Part shown: piece after piece, positions 25,389 through 32,000 of the stretch
How positions within the stretch are numbered: position 1 is the stretch's first letter
Layout: every line of letters starts with the position of its first letter
From: Parasynechococcus marenigrum WH 8102
GTDB lineage: Bacteria; Cyanobacteriota; Cyanobacteriia; PCC-6307; Cyanobiaceae
Reading direction: 5' to 3'
Assembly: GCF_000195975.1 (NCBI RefSeq)
Contig: NC_005070.1
Span: 1,680,001-1,712,000 of the forward strand
DNA length: 32,000 nucleotides
The notes under the pieces: model-generated
What the model was told of the DNA's origin: nothing
The model's database searches: none
What the model saw: the letters and a program-made list of their open reading frames with translations, nothing else
Made by a program: the position numbers and the translations under genes

Positions 25389-25701
25389 GCTGCGCCAAGG
25401 CCCAGGCGCCATAGGCGCCTGAGGCCTCCACCGGCCAGGTCAACCATTCCGGGGTGTCGTAGCTGTGCAGCTCCATCACGGCCTCCCGCAGCCTGCCCAG
25501 CTGATCAGCGCTGGTTTTGAGCAGCAACTGCACTTCTGTGTCCCGCTGCAGCTCACCCTTCCAGCGGTACAGCGACTGGAGCGGCTGCAACGACACACAG
25601 GCCACCAAGCGGCGCTCCAGCAGAGCCTCCGCGAGGGCCTGAGCCCTGGCCTGATCCGCCTCAGTGGTCAGCACCACTACCAGGCGAGGGGAGTCAGTCA
25701 T
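25324..25701 (-). CDS. cutA: divalent-cation tolerance protein CutA
   Basis: LVVVLTTEADQARAQALAEALLERRLVACVSLQPLQSLYRWKGELQRDTEVQLLLKT...YDTPE matches the CutA1 fold signature. The ATG at 25701 overlaps the cobK stop (ATGACTGA). The C-terminal tail reads antisense into the kinase gene. Confidence 0.8.
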   Translation of the reverse strand: MTDSPRLVVVLTTEADQARAQALAEALLERRLVACVSLQPLQSLYRWKGELQRDTEVQLLLKTSADQLGRLREAVMELHSYDTPEWLTWPVEASGAYGAWALAQLSSDELRPAPAGTPGDEPPAG

Positions 25702-26506
25702 CAGCGCCACGACGGGGAGCCTCCTGTAGCCGCTTCATCAGGCTGGCTTCACTCTCCACAGTCTCGACGCCTGTTGGGGACGCCGGACGACGCAACATCA
25801 GCAGCCGCATGTCCAGATTGGCGGACAGCTGACGCCAGAGGCGCTCCGTCACACCACCCGACTGCCGGCAGATCACATCCGTGATCCCCCAGCGGCGACA
25901 CAGGGCCCGTTCGATCGCACCAGCACGGCCCCCCTGCAGCGGCCGGACCACCGCCAGATGATCCGGGAGCAAACCGGCGGCCAGTGCGGCCTTGAGACCA
26001 TCAGCGGAGGGAAGACAACGGGCAAAGACCTCGGCGCCGGCGGCGACGGCATCACTGTGCACAGCGGGAAGATGCCGCCCCCCCAAGGCCAGCAGCAGAC
26101 GTCGACCGCCGAGATCGAACCCCCGCAGGTCACCGAACCGATCCAACAGCTGCACTGCCCCGCCCTGCTCCAGCGGCCGTTGCAGGCGGAGCAGAGGCTG
26201 GCCGCACCTGGCACAGGTCCGGGCCAGATCTGCGCTGATGCGAACCGCAAAGGGATGGGTCGCGTCAATCACCCAGCGAAAGCCAGCACCGTTTTTCAAA
26301 ACAGCCTCGATGGCTTTCTCTCCCTGGAGTGAGCCGACAGCCATCCAATCGAGGTCGAGCCCGGCATAGGGGCGGGCGGCGGAGGGGGTCACCACACTCA
26401 CCTCGACCCGCCAGCCAATCCGCAACAAAGCCGCCGCTAATGGTGGCCCTTCACCGGTCCCCGACAGCAACCAGATCCGCCCCTGGCCAATCCCCCGACC
26501 TTGCAT
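25694..26506 (-). CDS. cobK: precorrin-6A/cobalt-precorrin-6A reductase
   Basis: IWLLSGTGEGPPLAAALL, VIDATHPFA and ICRQSGG are typical of CobK/CbiJ. The ATG at 26506 is preferred because the longer ORF would overlap ssb. Confidence 0.75.
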   Translation of the reverse strand: MQGRGIGQGRIWLLSGTGEGPPLAAALLRIGWRVEVSVVTPSAARPYAGLDLDWMAVGSLQGEKAIEAVLKNGAGFRWVIDATHPFAVRISADLARTCARCGQPLLRLQRPLEQGGAVQLLDRFGDLRGFDLGGRRLLLALGGRHLPAVHSDAVAAGAEVFARCLPSADGLKAALAAGLLPDHLAVVRPLQGGRAGAIERALCRRWGITDVICRQSGGVTERLWRQLSANLDMRLLMLRRPASPTGVETVESEASLMKRLQEAPRRGADD

Positions 26507-26535
26507 CAGGATGGCCCACGAAGACGGTGAGAACC

Positions 26536-26973
26536 ATGAACCACTGTGTGCTGGAAGTGGAGGTGATCGACGCACCGACGGTTCGTTACACCCAGGACAA
26601 CCAGACGCCGATCGCCGAGATGTCGGTTCGGTTTGATCCGCTTCGGGAAGGCGATCAGCCCGGTGAACTCAAGGTGGTGGGTTGGGGCAATCTGGCCCAG
26701 GAACTGCAGAGCCGCGTGCAGGTCGGTCAGCGCTTGATGCTGGAAGGGCGTCTGCGGATGAACACCGTGCCCCGCCAGGACGGGATGAAGGAAAAGCGGG
26801 CGGAATTCACCCTGGCGCGCATGCATCCCATCAGCCCAGGCTCCGCTCCCCAACCGTCTCAGCCGACAGCGGCCCCCACCGCAGCAGCTGCGCCACCAGC
26901 GAAGGCCGAACCCGAGGCCGCCAGTTGGAATGCCGCCCCCCTGGTGCCGGATACGGACGAGATTCCCTTCTGA
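26536..26973 (+). CDS. ssb: single-stranded DNA-binding protein
   Basis: From the ATG at 26536: MNHCVLEVEVIDAPTVRYTQDNQTPIAEMSVRF...KVVGWGNLAQ...GRLRMN forms an OB fold. A Pro/Ala-rich linker and the acidic tip DTDEIPF follow. Confidence 0.8.
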   Translation: MNHCVLEVEVIDAPTVRYTQDNQTPIAEMSVRFDPLREGDQPGELKVVGWGNLAQELQSRVQVGQRLMLEGRLRMNTVPRQDGMKEKRAEFTLARMHPISPGSAPQPSQPTAAPTAAAAPPAKAEPEAASWNAAPLVPDTDEIPF

Positions 26974-26975
26974 GC

Positions 26976-27185
26976 TCACTGCGCTCCGGACTCCTCCTCC
27001 AGCTCAACAACCCGGGAGATCATCTGGCCGAGTTCCCGTTCCAGGGCAGCCAGATCAAGCCGCAGGTCAGGCCAGCGTCCTCCATCGATCTGCTGCAACA
27101 GCCAGGCGCGATCAGCGTCCAGTTGCTGCACCAGAACCTTGAGATCGTCGGGGGAAGAACCGGTCACGGTCACCAAAGCCTTCAT
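26976..27185 (-). CDS. hypothetical small helical protein (69 aa)
   Basis: Codon usage is GC3-rich like the neighbouring genes. GGAGGG lies directly upstream of the ATG. No family was recognised. Confidence 0.5.
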   Translation of the reverse strand: MKALVTVTGSSPDDLKVLVQQLDADRAWLLQQIDGGRWPDLRLDLAALERELGQMISRVVELEEESGAQ

Positions 27186-27237
27186 CCCTCCATCCTGAAG
27201 GCCGGGAAGTCACAATGGCGTCCTTACTTCGGCGTCG

Positions 27238-27774
27238 ATGAAAGATCTGTTGTCTCCCGGCAGCCTTGTCACCGTCGCCGGTGGCGTTCTCACCGTGGTG
27301 GGTGGTGTGGCATATGCCACTGGAAGTGCCAATCTCAGCCTTCCAACCATCTTTTACGGGATCCCGATTCTGTTGGGGGGGCTAGCACTGAAGTCATCAG
27401 AACTCCCACCCGCCAGACGGGTCACACCCAAGGCCCAGCTCAAGGCAGAACGCGAGCAAGCCGCTCCGGAGCTGGGCAAACTGCTGGGGGATGTGACTCG
27501 GTGGCGCTACGGACAGAAGGCCCATCTGGAGTCCTCCCTTGAAGCCCTCAAGCTCTGGGATGAGGACAACCCACCAACTCTCACCGAGATTGAAGAGTTG
27601 TCGTCCGCTGCTGGCTATGGCCTGCGGCTCCGGTTTGAGGGCAACGCCGTACCGATGGATCGCTGGGAAGACAAACTCGATCGCCTCGGTCGGTTTTTCG
27701 CCAAAGGGATGAAGGCGGAACTGACTGCTGTTGATCAAACCTGCTTCGATTTGAAACTGCTGCCTGATGCCTGA
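27238..27774 (+). CDS. conserved-looking hypothetical membrane protein (two N-terminal TM helices plus a soluble domain)
   Basis: [18 protein letters not shown] and [17 protein letters not shown] are hydrophobic helices. The stop overlaps the argB ATG (ATGCCTGA). Confidence 0.65.
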   Translation: MKDLLSPGSLVTVAGGVLTVVGGVAYATGSANLSLPTIFYGIPILLGGLALKSSELPPARRVTPKAQLKAEREQAAPELGKLLGDVTRWRYGQKAHLESSLEALKLWDEDNPPTLTEIEELSSAAGYGLRLRFEGNAVPMDRWEDKLDRLGRFFAKGMKAELTAVDQTCFDLKLLPDA

Positions 27775-28648
27775 GCCGATTCAATCCGGTGACGATGCCC
27801 TGAGGGTGTCGGTACTCAGTGAAGCGCTGCCGTACATCCAGAGATTCTCTGGGCGCCGCATCGTGATCAAGTACGGCGGTGCCGCCATGGCCCATGCCGA
27901 GCTGCGCGAGGCGGTGTTCCGTGATCTCGCCCTGCTGGCTTGTGTTGGGGTGCAGCCGGTGGTGGTTCATGGCGGAGGGCCGGAAATCAACCAATGGCTC
28001 AAACGCTTAGAGATCCCTGCCGAATTCCGCGACGGCCTGCGGGTCACCGATGCCGACACGATGGATGTGGTGGAGATGGTGCTGGTCGGGCGGGTCAACA
28101 AGCAGATCGTCAACGGACTCAATCAACTCGGAACGCGGGCCGTTGGTCTGAGTGGCAGCGACGGCAGCCTGGTGGAGGCACGCCCCTGGGGCGACGGCAG
28201 CCATGGACTGGTTGGAGATGTTGCCCGGGTCAACCCGGATGTGCTGGAGCCGCTGCTGGAACGTGGTTATGTGCCAGTGATCTCCAGCGTTGCCGCCACC
28301 CCGGGTGACGGCCGCGCCCACAACATCAACGCTGACACCGTGGCCGGCGAGCTGGCGGCAGCCCTCGAGGCCGAGAAGTTGATCCTGCTGACCGATACCC
28401 CCGGAATTCTCAGGGATCGGGACAATCCCAACTCGCTGATTCGCAAACTGCGTCTCTCAGAGGCGCGTCAACTCATCGATGATGGTGTTGTGGCCGGTGG
28501 GATGACCCCTAAGACCGAATGCTGCATCCGGGCCCTGGCGCAAGGCGTTTCAGCGGCTCACATCGTTGATGGACGGGTGCCCCATGCTCTGCTGCTGGAA
28601 GTGTTCACCGATGCTGGCATCGGCACCATGGTGGTGGGACGCGGCTGA
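27767..28648 (+). CDS. argB: acetylglutamate kinase
   Basis: [44 protein letters not shown] and [10 protein letters not shown] are canonical motifs. Confidence 0.95.
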   Translation: MPEPIQSGDDALRVSVLSEALPYIQRFSGRRIVIKYGGAAMAHAELREAVFRDLALLACVGVQPVVVHGGGPEINQWLKRLEIPAEFRDGLRVTDADTMDVVEMVLVGRVNKQIVNGLNQLGTRAVGLSGSDGSLVEARPWGDGSHGLVGDVARVNPDVLEPLLERGYVPVISSVAATPGDGRAHNINADTVAGELAAALEAEKLILLTDTPGILRDRDNPNSLIRKLRLSEARQLIDDGVVAGGMTPKTECCIRALAQGVSAAHIVDGRVPHALLLEVFTDAGIGTMVVGRG

Positions 28649-28651
28649 AGC

Positions 28652-29710
28652 GTGAACGAGCAAACGGCTCCGCTGGACCTCACAATCGCTGAAACCGCGT
28701 TGGAACGCGGCGACTACGGACAGTGCCTTGAACAGCTGACCCCGTTGGCGGAAGCCCGGCCTTTGCCGGATCCCGAGGGGGCCAGGGTCCGGCTATTGAT
28801 GGTCACGGCCTTGATGGGTCAGGGGCGTGACCAGGAGGCCCTCACGATCTGTCAACTGCTGAGCCGTTCCGGTGAAACGCAGCTGCGCCAGCAGGCTCGC
28901 CAGTTGCTGACGATCCTCGAAGCCCCCGCGTTGGACCGTCCAGAACGGTGGTCCATGCGACTTCCACCATTGTCAATTCAAGCCAGTGGCGATGCCGCAC
29001 CGGTGTCGTCCCGACGTCGCCGCACGCGCAAACCGCCACCACCGCCGCCACCGCCCACAGGTCCCACCAGGCCTCCGGCGCTGGGATTTGCCGTCCTGGT
29101 CGCCGCCGTGCTGCTGGCCCTAACGGTGGCCCTGAGCGGCTGCGTTCGCATGCAAGCCGATCTCAGCAGCCCGGCACCGGATCGTCTGCAGCTCGCCTGG
29201 GAGATCCAAAGCAGCACCGACCAACTCCTGCCCTGGCAGCAACGGTTTGACCGGACGCTCCAGACGCTTCGGCCTGATGTGACCGTGGAGCATCCCCGTC
29301 CGGGAGCTCAGCGGATCACCACCGCCGCCATGCCCTCCGCAGCCTTCCGGTCAACCCTCACCCAGGTGTTTCAGCTGTTGAGCGCCAGTGCCGGGATCGA
29401 CCTACCTGAACCCAGGATCAGACTCGTGGAGCGCAACTGGCTGGTGGGGGTGCAGCAGCGCTTAATCCTGCAACTGGATCTCGATCGACTGCCGGACTTA
29501 CCCGGGGTTGATCTGGCCCTCGGACTGAACCAGGGGCAGGTGAACCAAACCCTTCGTAGCAATGAAGACATCAACCTGGAAGCCAGCAGCTGGCGCTGGA
29601 GTCCTCTGGGTCTGGGCAGCCTTGTGGTGGCGGTTCTGCTGTTGCTGAGTCTGCTGCTGCAGGGGGTTCGACGTCGTCTCGGATTCGGCTTCCCGGAACT
29701 CCCCTCCTGA
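28652..29710 (+). CDS. hypothetical protein: N-terminal helical repeat, poly-Pro linker, TM helix, large domain, C-terminal TM helix
   Basis: It has a GTG start 3 nt after the argB stop. RRRRTRKPPPPPPPPTGPTRPP is followed by FAVLVAAVLLALTVAL, and the C-terminal helix is LGLGSLVVAVLLLLSLLL. Confidence 0.6.
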   Translation: MNEQTAPLDLTIAETALERGDYGQCLEQLTPLAEARPLPDPEGARVRLLMVTALMGQGRDQEALTICQLLSRSGETQLRQQARQLLTILEAPALDRPERWSMRLPPLSIQASGDAAPVSSRRRRTRKPPPPPPPPTGPTRPPALGFAVLVAAVLLALTVALSGCVRMQADLSSPAPDRLQLAWEIQSSTDQLLPWQQRFDRTLQTLRPDVTVEHPRPGAQRITTAAMPSAAFRSTLTQVFQLLSASAGIDLPEPRIRLVERNWLVGVQQRLILQLDLDRLPDLPGVDLALGLNQGQVNQTLRSNEDINLEASSWRWSPLGLGSLVVAVLLLLSLLLQGVRRRLGFGFPELPS

Positions 29711-29711
29711 C

Positions 29712-31955
29712 CTACAGCTCCAGGGGATCAGGATCCACCGCCAGAGCCACACCTCGAGGAAGTTCGTCCCAGAGGGTCGGGCCGGGGGGAAGCGGCAGGG
29801 GGGAGCCCACCGGACCGTGGAGCAGCAACTGCCATCGGCTCCGCCCTGCCACCCGTGCCACCGGGGCTGGGGCAGGCCCCAACAACCACCAGCCACGGTC
29901 GCGACAGAGAGGACGCACCCGCTCCGCCAGAACCGATGCCGCCGTGGCGGTGGCGCTGGCGGACTCACCGGACAACCGCAGCAGACAGGCGCGGCTGAAG
30001 GGCACGAGCGCCGCCTCCCGCCGCAGCTGCACCTCCTGGGCCAGGAAAGCCTCATACCGGCCATCCACCAGGTGGCGAATCACGGGATGGTCAGGGCAGT
30101 AGGTCTGCACCAGCACCTGACCGGGGCGTTCGCCCCGCCCAGCACGACCCGCCAGCTGCATCAGCAATTGCAGAGCCTGTTCTGAGGCCCGTAGATCGGG
30201 ACGGTGCAACAGGCCATCCGCCGCCAGCACCGCCGCCAGCGTCACCTGGGGAAGGTCCATGCCCTTAGCCAACATCTGGGTTCCGATCAACACATCCGCC
30301 TTGCCGGAGGCAAAACGATCCAGCAAGCGACGGTGTCCGTCACGACCACCGGTGGAGTCACGGTCGAACCGGAGCAGCCGCAGCCCATCCAATTCCTCAT
30401 TGAGCAACTCCATGACCTTCTGGGTTCCGGCACCGAAGGGCTTGAAGGCGGTGGACCCGCAATGGGCGCAACGGTTGCCGATCTCATCTCGGTGATCACA
30501 CCAGTGACAACGCAGCCACTGACGACCACCGGAACCGCGGTGGACCGTGAGCGCCACATCACAGTTCGGGCACATCACCACCTCCCCACAACTACGGCAC
30601 CCCAAAAAAGGGCTGTAGCCCCGTCGTGGCACGAGGATCACCGCCTGTTCCCCCTTCTCCGGCAGCTCGGCCAATCGATCCATCAGCGGACGACTGATCA
30701 GTCGACGGTGTCCTTCGGCGAGCTCATGCCGCATGTCCACCACATGGACAGGAGGCAGAGACTGCTGGGAGATCCGCTGAGTCAGACGTCCCAGACGCAG
30801 GGGCCCATCGGGATGCAGTTGCACCCAGCTGTCCAGTGATGGGGTGGCGCTGCCGAGCACCAGGCGCCCACCACCGGCACGAATCCGATCCCAAGCCAGG
30901 TCCCTGGCGTGGTAGCAGGGCATCGGTGCGGCCTGTTTATATGAGCTGTCGTGTTCCTCATCCAGCACCACCAACCCCAGTGGCGAGAGGGGAATGAACA
31001 CTGCTGAGCGTGTTCCCACCACCAGCAGAGGCTGCTCGGGCGCGAGGCAGCGGCGCCACACCTGGAGGCGCTCTCGATCCCGGCAACCGCTGTGATATTC
31101 GAGAACCCTGGAGCCGAAGCGACGTCGGCAACGATCCACCAACTGAGGAATCAGGCCGATTTCAGGGGTGAGGATCAACACGTGACGGCCGGCCGCCAAC
31201 TCCTTCTCCGCCAACTGCAGGTATACCTCGGTCTTGCCCGACCCGGTGATGCCCCAAAGCAGCATCCCCTCTCCATCGGGAACGGCCTCAAAGCGCTGCA
31301 TCACCTGCTGCTGCTCGCTGGTGAGGGGCCGAGCGGCCTCCAGTGGGGCAACAGACATCACCCCTGTGGAGAGGGGACGCCGATCCCGGCGCACCCAGCC
31401 TTTTGTCTCCAAGACCCGGACCATGGATGGGCTGAAGCCCGAGGCTTCCAGCGAGCGCTGCCACAGTCCCGACCCCGCAACATCCAGCGCATTCAGGAGT
31501 TGCTGCTGGCGGGACGTGAGAGGCGGAGCGGGCACGGGTGGCTGCAACCGCTCCACCCACAACAGGGCACGACCTTCAGACAGGGTCCGGGCCTGGCCCA
31601 GCCAACCGGCGGGTAGGGCTGCTTTCAGCATCCGGAACACACTGAGATGGCAGCGTTCAGCCACACCCTCAAGCCAGAGGCGCCACTGGGGGTCAACGGC
31701 AGCTTGCTGCACCAGGCCTTCAACCGCCTGAACCTTGTCCGGCACTGTGGCCCCCAAGGACACGTTGTATCTGGCAACCACCAATCCATGCAGAGGGCGT
31801 CCCCTCAGCCGCACCTGCACCAGATCGCCGGCCTGCAATCCAAGTGCTGCATCGGCGCTGTAGGTGAAGGTCCTGCCCTCACGCCCAGCCTCAAGCCAGA
31901 CCTCAACGAGATCAGGAGGCTTTTCGGAGGGGTTGCAAAGGCCTGAAAACTTCAT
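29712..31955 (-). CDS. priA: primosomal protein N' (replication restart helicase PriA)
   Basis: It has Walker A LLWGITGSGKTEVY, a DEEH box (VVLDEEHD) and the Cys-rich zinc region CRSCGEVVMCPNCDVALTVHR...LRCHWCDH...CAHCGS. It is 747 aa. Confidence 0.93.
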   Translation of the reverse strand: MKFSGLCNPSEKPPDLVEVWLEAGREGRTFTYSADAALGLQAGDLVQVRLRGRPLHGLVVARYNVSLGATVPDKVQAVEGLVQQAAVDPQWRLWLEGVAERCHLSVFRMLKAALPAGWLGQARTLSEGRALLWVERLQPPVPAPPLTSRQQQLLNALDVAGSGLWQRSLEASGFSPSMVRVLETKGWVRRDRRPLSTGVMSVAPLEAARPLTSEQQQVMQRFEAVPDGEGMLLWGITGSGKTEVYLQLAEKELAAGRHVLILTPEIGLIPQLVDRCRRRFGSRVLEYHSGCRDRERLQVWRRCLAPEQPLLVVGTRSAVFIPLSPLGLVVLDEEHDSSYKQAAPMPCYHARDLAWDRIRAGGGRLVLGSATPSLDSWVQLHPDGPLRLGRLTQRISQQSLPPVHVVDMRHELAEGHRRLISRPLMDRLAELPEKGEQAVILVPRRGYSPFLGCRSCGEVVMCPNCDVALTVHRGSGGRQWLRCHWCDHRDEIGNRCAHCGSTAFKPFGAGTQKVMELLNEELDGLRLLRFDRDSTGGRDGHRRLLDRFASGKADVLIGTQMLAKGMDLPQVTLAAVLAADGLLHRPDLRASEQALQLLMQLAGRAGRGERPGQVLVQTYCPDHPVIRHLVDGRYEAFLAQEVQLRREAALVPFSRACLLRLSGESASATATAASVLAERVRPLCRDRGWWLLGPAPAPVARVAGRSRWQLLLHGPVGSPLPLPPGPTLWDELPRGVALAVDPDPLEL

Positions 31956-32000
31956 TAAAGTAGGAATGTTGACTACGTATTGGTCAACGCTGCGCTCGAT

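Noticed and set aside
26329-26535. A longer ssb ORF (214 aa) and a longer cobK ORF (to 26575), which would overlap each other.
   Set aside because: The Arg/Pro-rich extensions are each the antisense of the other gene. The OB fold starts at MNHCVLEVEV, and CobK similarity starts near IWLLSGTGEG.
31969-31987. The inverted repeat TTGAC-N9-GTCAA upstream of priA, considered as a possible LexA-type or other operator.
   Set aside because: The arms are only 5 bp, and it does not match the cyanobacterial LexA box as I remember it (RGTAC-N3-DGTWCB). It is truncated context at the window edge.
1-32000. A search for tRNA, rRNA, CRISPR repeats, transposase/IS ends or large direct or inverted repeats.
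   Set aside because: Reading both strands by eye, I could support none of these. A proper tRNAscan, Infernal or repeat-finder run could still find small elements I missed.

Overview
The window is a gene-dense chromosomal segment of about 58-60% GC. Its gene content and order point to a marine Synechococcus-type picocyanobacterium: psb27, cyanobacterial-type transaldolase, hemH, cobO/cobK, proS-psb27-purA. This assignment is inferred from content, not from a database search. About 35 intact CDS are supported, nearly all housekeeping: hemH (partial), a tyrosine recombinase, SAM methyltransferase, cobO, pyrH, frr, FAD oxidoreductase, photolyase/cryptochrome-like flavoprotein, cNMP-binding protein, tal, ftsI, CPBP protease, tandem histidine phosphatase, DHOase-like protein, lepB, ArsC-family protein, 2Fe-2S ferredoxin, ppa, proS, psb27, purA, pfkB/adenosine kinase, cutA, cobK, ssb, argB and priA. 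I found no rRNA, tRNA, CRISPR array, transposase or recognisable defence operon. The one clearly accessory segment is a low-GC islet of about 1.4 kb (about 4235-5600) just downstream of frr. It carries an orphan protein with a BRCT-like N-terminal domain and two C-terminal TM helices, ambiguous small ORFs, and a 440-nt ORF-free stretch. Other points worth a second look: a tyrosine recombinase translationally chained to a methyltransferase and cobO; a stand-alone cNMP-binding domain gene 9 nt upstream of a TTG-initiated photolyase/cryptochrome-like gene; a 515-aa membrane protein with a voltage-sensor-like Arg-repeat segment and no pore motif; a dihydroorotase-like protein that appears to lack metal ligands; and six convergent gene pairs with overlapping or abutting stop codons. 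I cannot show that any of these is a new system. They are hypotheses with stated tests. Many long antisense ORFs in the track look like GC-rich frame artefacts and were rejected.
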